A stretch of 64,000 bases of DNA, from NCBI GenBank assembly GCA_963665295.1, contig OY762209.1, positions 2,016,001-2,080,000 on the forward strand, read 5' to 3'. A model generated the notes under the pieces. The model saw nothing but the letters and a program-made list of their open reading frames with translations. It made no database searches and had not been told where the DNA came from. Positions 19,230 through 28,085 of this stretch are shown piece after piece (positions within the stretch are counted from its first letter, which is position 1; the number at the start of each line of letters is the position of its first letter). This DNA is from Syntrophorhabdaceae bacterium (GTDB lineage: Bacteria > Desulfobacterota > Syntrophorhabdia > Syntrophorhabdales > Syntrophorhabdaceae). The position numbers and the translations under genes were made by a program.

Positions 19230-19780
19230 TTATCCGGCTGGGAAATACGCTTGCGAAGAAGATAAAAGAGACGGTGTTGCCGTCTGTGCCTCCGAGCCAC
19301 AACCCATATGCCGACTGGACGGCCCGCCTTTTCACAGCAGACCGGACTCAGTACGTCCTCGTTTCCAATAGCGCTACCCTGTATTCTGTGATTTTCTTCG
19401 GCAAGGGGATTACCGGCGCCAATCAACTAATCAACCGGATGCTCGATAACCTTCGAGACATTACAAAAGAAGATGGATTTGAATCGATATACGAGAACCG
19501 CGTTGCGCCCGAGACCGGAGAAGTGCTTTTCTCGAAGGCCACAAACCGCTCCGTGACCGGCTCGATGAACGAGATGATCTTTCGAGCCAAATGGCATCTC
19601 GCAGATGACGAAATGTCCCCCTTCGATGTCGCGCATCAGCTCAACAAGACCCCGATGTCATACGCGAATGATGGCTACCCGCGAGACGCCTTCGCCGCTT
19701 TGGCCGAGGAGCGAGAAGCTCCGGCAACGGGAAACAACGTCATTTCTTTTCCGGAAGTTCGAAGAAGACCGAAGGATTGA
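19226..19780 (+). CDS. DUF6933-like protein
   Basis: MIIRLGNTLAKKIK, DWTARLF, TLYSV, KATNRSVTGSMNE and LNKTPM motifs. Confidence 0.6.
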   Translation: MIIRLGNTLAKKIKETVLPSVPPSHNPYADWTARLFTADRTQYVLVSNSATLYSVIFFGKGITGANQLINRMLDNLRDITKEDGFESIYENRVAPETGEVLFSKATNRSVTGSMNEMIFRAKWHLADDEMSPFDVAHQLNKTPMSYANDGYPRDAFAALAEEREAPATGNNVISFPEVRRRPKD

Positions 19781-19803
19781 TACTACCATTTACCGATAAC
19801 CAC

Positions 19804-20246
19804 CTAAGGCGCCTGATTCACTGGAATCTCGATAATAATTCTCGCCCCTTTCCCTTCTCCCTCCGATTCCGCCCAGGTGCGGTCGCCATGAGTTTCTATC
19901 ACCAGCTTCACGATATAAAAGCCGAGTCCGGTCCCTTCGCTGTTCATATGTGCCGCATCTCTTCTCGAAAATTTCGCGAACAGGTACGGTATGGCCTCTT
20001 TAGAAATTCCCATCCCGGTGTCTGACACGGTCACTCTGACAACGCCTCGTCGTCTTCCGTCCTGGGTTCGTAACGAGGCACGGGTGCCGGTTCTATCTTC
20101 AAGCCAACTTCTCCTTGGGATGTATATCTAATTGCGTTATCGACAAAATTGAAGACCGTCTCGAAAATCTTCCCCTTATCCAGGATCAATTCGGGCAAGA
20201 CCTCTTTCGGTTCCTCATAAAACAGTTTGAGGCCTTTCTCTTTGGC
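19804..20246 (-). pseudogene. Orphan frameshifted HATPase_c fragment of a histidine kinase
   Basis: Manual translation AKEKGLKL...NFVDNAIRYT (N box), frameshift, then VTVSDTGMGI (G1), LFAKF (F), GTGLGFYI (G2). Confidence 0.75.
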
Positions 20247-20266
20247 GGGTTCATGGTGTTAGCTTC

Positions 20267-20584
20267 TTACGGTTCGACATGTTGGAATCCCTTCGTCGTC
20301 TTCCTCGGTTTGTTCACCTTCAGCGAAAGCCCGAGCAGCTTGACTACCTTCAGCACGGTAGCGAAGGAAGGGTTTCCCCCGAGCTTGAGTGACTTATAAA
20401 GGCTCTCCCGACCGACCCCAATTTTCTTGGCAATTTCAGTCATACCCTTGGACCGTGCGATATCGCCGAGAACGGCCTGGATGAGCTTGGGGTCGCCATC
20501 TTCAAAGGCGGCTTCAAGGTAACCGATCACGTCTTTTTCGGTTTTTATGTGGTCTGCCATGTCCCATTTCGTTGTTTTCACCAT
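20267..20584 (-). CDS. Addiction-module antidote protein (HI1420-type HTH)
   Basis: YLEAAFEDGDP...LGDIARSKGMTEIAKKIGVGRESLYKSL...GNPSFATV. Confidence 0.9.
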   Translation of the reverse strand: MVKTTKWDMADHIKTEKDVIGYLEAAFEDGDPKLIQAVLGDIARSKGMTEIAKKIGVGRESLYKSLKLGGNPSFATVLKVVKLLGLSLKVNKPRKTTKGFQHVEP

Positions 20585-20587
20585 GTG

Positions 20588-20890
20588 TTACACCTCTTCA
20601 AATATTCCTTTCGCTAGCCTCTTAGCTGCGGCAACGTCTTTTCTCTGCGTGCTCTTGTCGCCACCGGCAAGGAGGATTATTATCTTCTTCCCTCGTTGAA
20701 CATAATACACCCGGTAACCGGGGCCGTAGTTGATTTTCAGTTCCATAATACCTTCACCTACCGAATTAACGTCCCCCGGATTGCCATGAGACAAGCGAAG
20801 TATTCTGGTATCGATCCGAGTTTGCGCGTCGAAGTCGGAAAGTCCGTTGAACCATTCCTCGTAGGTTTCGGTTTGTCTAACCTCGATCAC
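20588..20890 (-). CDS. Addiction-module killer protein (RelE/ParE, HI1419-type)
   Basis: GNPGDVNSVGEGIMELKINYGPGYRVYY...LLAGGDKSTQ; probable GTG start. Confidence 0.9.
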   Translation of the reverse strand: MIEVRQTETYEEWFNGLSDFDAQTRIDTRILRLSHGNPGDVNSVGEGIMELKINYGPGYRVYYVQRGKKIIILLAGGDKSTQRKDVAAAKRLAKGIFEEV

Positions 20891-20898
20891 AAATACAG

Positions 20899-20926
20899 AG
20901 TATCCTATAAGATACGGTAATGTCAA
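20899..20926 (-). promoter_or_regulatory. TA promoter with palindromic operator
   Basis: TTGACA-16 nt-GATACT; GTATCCTATAAGATAC near-palindrome at 20900-20915. Confidence 0.6.
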
Positions 20927-20940
20927 GGGACGCTGTTTGA

Positions 20941-22011
20941 CAGTGGTTCGTTGTCGATGACGCTTACCTCAACGGCCGGGCTCGCAAATGTGGCGTCTAC
21001 GCAACGGCAGTGTATTTCGTGCTTTGCAGACATGCCGACAACGTTAATCAAACATGCTTCCCCTCGGTCTCTCTGATTGCGAAGAGGCTCAATACCTCCC
21101 GCTCCACCGTGATCTTGTGGGTAGGCCGCTTCAGAGAACAGGGCCCCTCCGGTTTGTCGGAGGACGCACCCCATGGGCCGAGTTCAAGGCGCCTTAACCC
21201 GGAGATAGTGCGCACCATCGTGGAAGCCACGCTCCATACAACTCCCAAAGATGCTACTCAGTGGTCCACCCGCACCATGGCAAAGGAGAAGGGCGTGAGC
21301 CATGCCACCGTGCAGCGCATCTGGGATGCCCATGGACTACAGCCCCATCGGGTAGAAACTTTCAAGCTGTCCAGAGACAAGAAGTTCGTGGAGAAACTGA
21401 CCGATGTGGTGGGCGTCTATCTCAATCCTCCCGACAAAGCGGTGGTACTCTGTGTGGATGAGAAAAGCCAGGTGCAGGCCCTGGACCGGACCCAGCCGGG
21501 ATTACCGATGAAGAAGGGGCGCTGCGGCACGATGACCCACGACTACAAAAGGAACGGCACTACCTGTCTTTTTGCCGCCCTCAATGTTCTGGAAGGAAAA
21601 GTCATAGGCTCCTGCTATCCCCGCCACAGAAATACCGAATTTCTTAAGTTCCTGCGTACCATAGACCGTCAGGTGCCAAAGGGCCTCGATGTCCATATGA
21701 TTCTCGACAACTACGGAACTCATACCCACCCCAATGTGAAAGCATGGCTCGAAAAACACCCCCGTTTCGTTCCCCACTTTACACCCACAAGCTCGTCGTG
21801 GCTTAACCTGGTGGAGCGCTGGTTCGGGGAGATCACACGAAAGAGAATTCGTCGCGGCATCTTCAAAAGCGTTCAGGAACTGGTGACCGCCATCGAAGAA
21901 TATATTCGCTGCAACAACGAAGACCCCAAACCCTTCGTATGGACCAGGAAGGCCGAGGAGATACTTGAAAAAGTGAATCGCTGTAAAGGCGTTACTGAGA
22001 CACTACACTAG
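20941..22011 (+). mobile_element. IS630-family transposase with a foreign N-terminus; right end intact, left end not found
   Basis: CVDEKSQVQAL, MILDNYGTH, TPTSSSWLNLVERWF DDE motifs; the frame ends ...GAGACACTACAC-TAG, with the stop overlapping the TA target. Confidence 0.85.
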
Positions 22012-22031
22012 CTTAAATAAGACGGCATTTA

Positions 22032-22127
22032 TGGCGGAAGTGCATGGGAATCGAACCCACCTACCAGCTCGTCACCGGTACACTGGTTTTGAAGACCAGG
22101 AGACCCACCAGGCGCCTCGGCACTTCC
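22032..22127 (-). tRNA. selC: tRNA-Sec (anticodon UCA)
   Basis: 96 nt; 8-bp acceptor stem GGAAGTGC/GCACTTCC plus GCCA; anticodon loop CTTCAAA; long variable arm; GGTTCGATTCC T-loop. Confidence 0.96.
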
Positions 22128-22210
22128 ACTTAGAATAACTTATAGATGTGGGCCGTCATTGTCAATGCATAATGACGGACCGTCTCCATTTTTGAAGCGG
22201 AGAGGCCTTG

Positions 22211-23995
22211 TCAGGCCATCATTGCCTTCTTCTGGGCCCCGAAATTCGCTACTACCGCGGGCATGTCGAGAATGAGGATAACCTTTCCATCTCCTCGGAT
22301 TGTTGCGCCGCCCACGCCGGTTATGTTGCCGAGGAACTCGCCCAAGGGCTTTATGACCACTTCTTCCTGGCCTATTACCGACTGTATCTTGATTCCTATG
22401 GTCTTTTCGCCGATTATACAGATCACCACGTAGCCGCCCGGCTTGTCTTCGGCGTTGGCCGAGTAGACTTTTTCGAGGTCGATCACGGGGATCACCTTGT
22501 CTCTCAGCACGAGTACGTCGTTCTTATCCACCGACTTGATGAGGCCTTCTTTCAGCTTGACCAGCTCAATTACCGTGTTGAGGGGTACGGCAAAGAGTTC
22601 CTCCGCCACCTTTACTATGAGGGCCCTCATGATGGCGAGGGTGAGGGGCAGTTTGATGGTGAGCTTGGTCCATTTCCCTTCCTCCGAATCGACATAGACC
22701 TGACCATTCATCTTTTCTATGTTCGTCTTCACCACGTCCATGCCTACGCCGCGGCCGGACACATTGCTTATCTTCTTTGCGGTGCTGAGGCCCGGTATGA
22801 AGATCAGGTTCATAATGTCCCTCGGGGTCATGACGTTGAGCTCGGATTCGTTGAGAAGGCCCTTCTCCTTCACCTTGTCCTTGACTGCCTGGAGGTTTAT
22901 GCCGTTGCCGTCGTCGAATATCTCGATAATTATATGGTTACCCTCATTGTACGCCTTCATGGAGAGAAGGCCCTTTGCCCTCTTGTCCTTGTTCAGCCGC
23001 TGTTGCGGCCCCTCAACGCCATGGTCCACGGAGTTCCTTATGATGTGGATGAGGGGATCGTGCAGGGTCTCTATGACGGACCTGTCGAGCTCGGTGTTCT
23101 CGCCTTCTATGTGGAGCTCGATTTCCTTTTTGGACTCCTTGCAGAGGTCTCTCACGAGTCTCGGTATCTTGTTGAAAAGCTTGCTGATGGGCACGAGGCG
23201 CGCTTTCATCACCGAGAGCTGAAGTTCATTGGTGATGGCCTCTATGTAATTGGTTACATCGGCGAAGGTATCTGCTATGGAGGTGTTGCCGAGGTCTTTC
23301 TTGATGATGCTGTCTACCAGGATGAGCCGGTTTTTTCCGAGCACCAGTTCTCCCACGAGGTTCATGAGCTCGTCGAGTTTTCGCACGTCTATCCGGATGG
23401 TCTGATCTTCCTTGGAGGTTTTTTGCTTGGCGAGAAACCCCTTCATCTGTCCCTCGGTGGAGAGTTTGTCCTCGACTACGATCTCGCCGAGCTTCTTTTC
23501 GGGCTCCCCCGTCTTCTGCTTGGTAAGGGTGTCAATGAGTTCGTCTACCTTCAGGACCTCTTCTTCAAGGAGTATTTCGCCGATCTTTTTTCTCTCGGGC
23601 TTGGTAAGGGCTTCGAGGTTTTCCACAATGGCGCCGGTTTCGTGGTCTTCCGTCCCTTTTTCCCGGATGTCATCGAGGAGCTGTTTCATGAGGTCGAAGG
23701 ATTCAAGGAGCACATCGGCCACTTCTTTGTCGGGCGTCATCTCCCCTTTTCTTATCATACCGAGCACATCTTCCGCCTTATGGGCGAGGCCGGAGAGGGT
23801 GCCGAAACCGAGAAAACTTGACGTCCCCTTGATTGTATGGACCGCCCTGAAGATGCTGTTCACCAGCTCTTCGTCGGTCTTTTCCTCTATAACCACCATA
23901 TCCTGGATCACGTTCTCCATGAGTTCGGTGGACTCGGTAAGGAACTCGGCAACGATCTCTGCCATTTCGTCTTTTTCAATCATCTGATCCGACAT
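22211..23995 (-). CDS. cheA: Chemotaxis histidine kinase CheA, lacking P2
   Basis: Hpt FRAVHTIKG, dimerisation LDELMNLVGELV, HIIRNSVDHG, SGRGVGMDVV and C-terminal CheW-like domain. Confidence 0.95.
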   Translation of the reverse strand: MSDQMIEKDEMAEIVAEFLTESTELMENVIQDMVVIEEKTDEELVNSIFRAVHTIKGTSSFLGFGTLSGLAHKAEDVLGMIRKGEMTPDKEVADVLLESFDLMKQLLDDIREKGTEDHETGAIVENLEALTKPERKKIGEILLEEEVLKVDELIDTLTKQKTGEPEKKLGEIVVEDKLSTEGQMKGFLAKQKTSKEDQTIRIDVRKLDELMNLVGELVLGKNRLILVDSIIKKDLGNTSIADTFADVTNYIEAITNELQLSVMKARLVPISKLFNKIPRLVRDLCKESKKEIELHIEGENTELDRSVIETLHDPLIHIIRNSVDHGVEGPQQRLNKDKRAKGLLSMKAYNEGNHIIIEIFDDGNGINLQAVKDKVKEKGLLNESELNVMTPRDIMNLIFIPGLSTAKKISNVSGRGVGMDVVKTNIEKMNGQVYVDSEEGKWTKLTIKLPLTLAIMRALIVKVAEELFAVPLNTVIELVKLKEGLIKSVDKNDVLVLRDKVIPVIDLEKVYSANAEDKPGGYVVICIIGEKTIGIKIQSVIGQEEVVIKPLGEFLGNITGVGGATIRGDGKVILILDMPAVVANFGAQKKAMMA

Positions 23996-24366
23996 TATTC
24001 TTTTCCTCCCAGTAGACTCTCGACCTTGAAAAGAAGGACATCCGGATGGATAGGCTTGTTAAGGAACATATTTACCCCTGCCTGGAATGCATCCCTTCTG
24101 AGGTTCTCGTCCTTCGTTGTGGTCAGCATTATGACCGGTGTATCCATGTAGTAATAATTGTTGCGCAAGTTTTTGACGAATTCTATTCCGTCCATGTTGG
24201 GCATGTTGAGATCGACGATGATCATGTCGGCCTGAACGTGGCCCAGCTTTTCCATCGCATCGAGACCGTCCTCCGCTTCAGCCACGAGGTAGTCCTTCTT
24301 CCTGAGGATGAAACTTAACAGCTTTCTGATGGTGGATGAGTCGTCGATGACCAGGATTGTATTCAT
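23995..24366 (-). CDS. cheY: Single-domain response regulator, CheY-like
   Basis: VIDDS, VDLNMPNMDG, MLTT and KP receiver motifs; adjacent to cheA. Confidence 0.85.
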   Translation of the reverse strand: MNTILVIDDSSTIRKLLSFILRKKDYLVAEAEDGLDAMEKLGHVQADMIIVDLNMPNMDGIEFVKNLRNNYYYMDTPVIMLTTTKDENLRRDAFQAGVNMFLNKPIHPDVLLFKVESLLGGKE

Positions 24367-24369
24367 AAA

Positions 24370-25197
24370 TCACCCTTTTTGATAGGTTATGGTCCCCGGA
24401 AATACCAGGGGTTTAAAAACGCGTGAGATATTGTGTAGACTCTCGGCGTGGCCGATGGTGAGGAAACCCTGGGGTTTCAGGGACTCGTAGAAGAGGTCGA
24501 CCACCTTCTTCTTCATTTTCTCGTCAAAGTAGATAAGGACGTTCCGGCAGAAGATCATGTCCATCTGTTTGTATCTTCTATAGGAGTCGGCATCCATGAG
24601 GTTGAGGAAATCGAGCTTCACGTTTCTCTTTATGTTGTCCTTGAGCTTGTAGGCGCCGTTCACCTCGGTAAAATACTTCTTTTTTGCCGTGTCATCCATG
24701 GTCCGGACGCTGTAGGTGTTAAATACCGCCTGCTTTGCGGAGTCGAGGACCTTTGAGCTTATGTCCGTCCCGTAGATCACGTAGGGGATGGTCCGCCCCG
24801 CGCTCGCCATGGCCTCTTCGAGGATGATGGCGAGGGTGTAGGGCTCTTCTCCTGTTGAGCAGCCCGCGCTCCATATCCTTAAAGGCTGGGCAAAGGAGGT
24901 GCCGTTCAGATAGCTCTTCTTGAGGATCACCTTGAAGGCGTCCAGTTGCGGGGGGTTGCGGAAGAAGAATGTCTCGTTCGTGGTGACCACGTCGAAGAGG
25001 ATGGTAAGCTCCGACTTTACCTTGTCCCCGCCATATTTCAAATGATAATAATAGTCCTGAAAAGAGCCGAATCCGAGCTCGCTCAACCGGCTCGCGAGCC
25101 TGCTCTCCAGCAGGTATGTCTTGTTCTCCGCGAAGTATATGCCGGTCTTGTCGTAGATGAAGTCTCTTAAAAGGATAAATTCTTCCTTGGCTAACAT
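24370..25197 (-). CDS. cheR: Chemotaxis methyltransferase CheR
   Basis: TTNETFFFR, WSAGCSTGEEPYT, CRNVLIYF, GHAES. Confidence 0.95.
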   Translation of the reverse strand: MLAKEEFILLRDFIYDKTGIYFAENKTYLLESRLASRLSELGFGSFQDYYYHLKYGGDKVKSELTILFDVVTTNETFFFRNPPQLDAFKVILKKSYLNGTSFAQPLRIWSAGCSTGEEPYTLAIILEEAMASAGRTIPYVIYGTDISSKVLDSAKQAVFNTYSVRTMDDTAKKKYFTEVNGAYKLKDNIKRNVKLDFLNLMDADSYRRYKQMDMIFCRNVLIYFDEKMKKKVVDLFYESLKPQGFLTIGHAESLHNISRVFKPLVFPGTITYQKG

Positions 25198-25209
25198 TAA
25201 ATCCTTCCC

Positions 25210-27057
25210 CTATAGGTTCTCGAGCCTGCTCAATGCCGCCTCAGCGGTGGATCGGATATCTTCGTCCTCGCTTCGGGTGAAGGGCTCGATGTAAAGAAGC
25301 GCTTTCGGGTCGTTAAGACTGGAAAGGGCGTTTACACTCCCGATCTTGATGAGGCTGTTTTCGTCCTCCAGGCCTTCCAAAAACAGGTCGAAAAGCGAGC
25401 CGTCCCGGAACCCGTCCAGCGCCGATAGTGCATAGTACCTCGTCCACATGCCCTTGCTCTTGTCCAGGAACACGTCGATCAGCCGGTCCCGGAACGCAAT
25501 AAGTTTCTTGTCCTTCACTATCTTCAGGGCTTCGTGGGGGATGTCTTCATCTTTCAAAAGAGACGTGAGGATACTCATATACCGCTCGTCTTCGAGAAAA
25601 TTGCCGAATACGGCTATGGTCGCCTTTCTTATCCCTTCATCCGTGTCCTGAAGGAGCTTTGACAGGTACGGAAAGTTCCTGTCGCTGTCGAGAACGTTCG
25701 CCGCCGAGAGGAAGACTTTCTTGTCGTCCACGGAGCCGTTGTTTACAAAATCCTCTATCAGGTCGGAAGCCTTTGCCGTGTCGAGACGTATGAGGGCCTT
25801 GAGGGCTTTTGACCTTACGTCGGTATAGCTTGTCTTTGAAAGCTCCCCTATCTCTTCGGCAAGCTGGGTGAAGCCCATGTTTCCCGCCTGGGCCACCGCG
25901 CTTCCCTGGACGTGGCCGTCAGGGTCATGGATCGCTTTGCTTATGATCTCGAACCCGGCGCCTTCGTGTATGCGCCCCATGTTCTCGATGATCTCTCTCC
26001 TCGTTTCCACGGGCGCCGAGAGGTATGCCGCGAGCAACACGTCTTCTCCGATCTTCGCGCCGCCCATCACGCAGGCCTTCACTATGGGGAAGGTGTATTG
26101 GTCACCTTTCGTCATATAGCGGCCTACCTCGCCGACCCACACGTCCTTGAGGTCGGCGAGGCATTCCAGGACATCGCAATACTCCTCGGCCTCCGGATCG
26201 AGGTGAGAGGCGGTTTCGAGGATCGCCTCGCACGCGGCGGGTGTCCTGAAATAGGCGAGGAGCCTCATGATGGGCAATGTCCTCTTGTTTTCGTAATTCA
26301 CGCAGTTGAGGAGGTGTCCGAAAAGTTCGTCGCCTATCTTTTCCTTCATCTTGAGAAAGATATCTTCTTCGCCCCTCTCCAGCATAACCTTCATGTAAAC
26401 CTCTCTCTTCTTCTGATCCCAACCCTTGAGCGTCTCTATGACCTCGTCGAGCACCCCGGGGTCCCTGAAGTCCATAAGCGTCTCGCAGGCTGCGAGGGAG
26501 ATCTCTTCGCCGCCGGTCCTGAATACGTCAAGGAGGGAGGGGATCGCCTTCTTGCTTCCGATCTGTCCGAGGCTGAATATGGCGGTGAAGGTGACCCAAT
26601 CGTCGTCCTTGAGCGCATTGAGAAGCGCATCCACGGCCCGTTCGTCGTCAAACCCTCCAAGGGCCATGCAGGCGGAATTCCTCACATTGTCGTTATCTTC
26701 GACAGTTTTTTTGATCAGGTAGGGGACGGTGTCCACATGCTTCAGGCACGTTATTATCTCGCACGCGTATACCCGGACGTCTTCGTTCTCGTCGTCGAGG
26801 AGCGAGATGATGGCCTCGATATTGTCATTGCCCGTTGCCTTGAGGATCTCCAGGGCCATCATGCGCGTGCCCGTATCACTCGCTTTGAGCAGGGGAGCGA
26901 CGCCCTCCACCACGGACGGGTCGTGGGCGGCTATGAGCGCTTCCTGGGCCTTGTCCCTGGAGAGACCGTCCCCGTCCTTCAGTGTGCCGATAAGCCGGGT
27001 AAGGTCGGCTTGAGACATTGATGCGCGTGAACTCTTTTTTTCCTTCTGTCTTTTCAT
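25210..27057 (-). CDS. HEAT/PBS-lyase repeat protein
   Basis: Repeated LLDDENEDVRVYACEII / DDDWVTFTAIFSLG / DENSLIKIGSVNAL units; ATGA overlap with cheB. Confidence 0.88.
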   Translation of the reverse strand: MKRQKEKKSSRASMSQADLTRLIGTLKDGDGLSRDKAQEALIAAHDPSVVEGVAPLLKASDTGTRMMALEILKATGNDNIEAIISLLDDENEDVRVYACEIITCLKHVDTVPYLIKKTVEDNDNVRNSACMALGGFDDERAVDALLNALKDDDWVTFTAIFSLGQIGSKKAIPSLLDVFRTGGEEISLAACETLMDFRDPGVLDEVIETLKGWDQKKREVYMKVMLERGEEDIFLKMKEKIGDELFGHLLNCVNYENKRTLPIMRLLAYFRTPAACEAILETASHLDPEAEEYCDVLECLADLKDVWVGEVGRYMTKGDQYTFPIVKACVMGGAKIGEDVLLAAYLSAPVETRREIIENMGRIHEGAGFEIISKAIHDPDGHVQGSAVAQAGNMGFTQLAEEIGELSKTSYTDVRSKALKALIRLDTAKASDLIEDFVNNGSVDDKKVFLSAANVLDSDRNFPYLSKLLQDTDEGIRKATIAVFGNFLEDERYMSILTSLLKDEDIPHEALKIVKDKKLIAFRDRLIDVFLDKSKGMWTRYYALSALDGFRDGSLFDLFLEGLEDENSLIKIGSVNALSSLNDPKALLYIEPFTRSEDEDIRSTAEAALSRLENL

Positions 27058-28085
27058 AGGACCCGGATAATCTCCTCCGATATTTTGTCTATGGGCAGCA
27101 CCAGGTCGGCGAGACCGGCCGAGACCACCGCCCTCGGCATGCCGTACACCACGCATGTCTCTTCGTTCTGGGCGATAATAAACCCTTGCTTCTTCCTTAT
27201 CTCCCTCATCCCCGCAAGTCCGTCGTTGCCCATTCCCGTGAGTATTACCGCAAGGGTCCTGGATTCGTAGACCGAAGCCGCGGACTGCATGAGGAGGTCT
27301 ACCGAGGGTCGGTATATGTACTTGCTGTCCTTCACGAATTCCACGATTGTTTCCCTGCCCCTTCTCTTCAGTTCCACGTGGGTGTCGCCCGGCGCGACCA
27401 GGGCGACTCCGGGCCTCAGGGGTTCTTTGTCTTCAGCCTCTTTCACCTCTATCTGGGAGACGGCGTTCAGCCTCTGGGAAAAAGACTGGGTGAAGAGTTT
27501 CGGCATATGCTGGGCGATGACGATGGGCGCCGGGAAATCGCGGGGGATGCTTTGCAGAATATGCTGTAAAGCGGGCGGGCCGCCGGTGGATGCCCCTATG
27601 GCCAGCAACTCGTGCCGCGCCTTTCTGTCCGACCTCAAGGCTATGGGTTTCCTGATCAGCTCCAGCCTTTTCATCAGGAACTTGACCTTCATGTTGGCGA
27701 CGGTCTTTACCTTGTTGATCAACTCGTTTTCTCTCTCCGATATGTTTATGGACACATTGGAGTAGTCCTTCGTGATGAAATCGCACGCGCCGATATGGAG
27801 GGCTTCCATGGTAATATCGGCACCTTCTTTTGTAAGGGCGCTGAACATGATAACTGGGAGCGGGAATTTTGCCATAATATGTTTCAGGGCCTCGATACCG
27901 TTCATCACCGGCATCTCGATGTCCATGGTGACCACGTCGGGTTTCAGGGCCTCGATCCTCTCTAAGGCCTCCGCCCCGTTGGACGCGGTCCCCACTACCT
28001 CTATGGAACTGTCTTTCGCGAGCATCCTTGAAAGGGCCTTTCTCATGAAGGCCGAATCGTCAACTACAAGTACTTTCGTCATCAT
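27054..28085 (-). CDS. cheB: Chemotaxis methylesterase CheB with receiver domain
   Basis: VVDDSAFMR receiver; GASTGG, QHMP and LTGMGNDG catalytic motifs. Confidence 0.95.
   Translation of the reverse strand: MMTKVLVVDDSAFMRKALSRMLAKDSSIEVVGTASNGAEALERIEALKPDVVTMDIEMPVMNGIEALKHIMAKFPLPVIMFSALTKEGADITMEALHIGACDFITKDYSNVSINISERENELINKVKTVANMKVKFLMKRLELIRKPIALRSDRKARHELLAIGASTGGPPALQHILQSIPRDFPAPIVIAQHMPKLFTQSFSQRLNAVSQIEVKEAEDKEPLRPGVALVAPGDTHVELKRRGRETIVEFVKDSKYIYRPSVDLLMQSAASVYESRTLAVILTGMGNDGLAGMREIRKKQGFIIAQNEETCVVYGMPRAVVSAGLADLVLPIDKISEEIIRVL

Larger units (their letters stand above)
7616..22058. mobile_element. Degenerate genomic (defence) island integrated at selC
   Basis: Flanked by direct repeats of the tRNA 3' end; visibly AT-richer than the flanks; contains RM, TA, IS and pseudogene cargo; no integrase seen. 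Confidence 0.88.
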
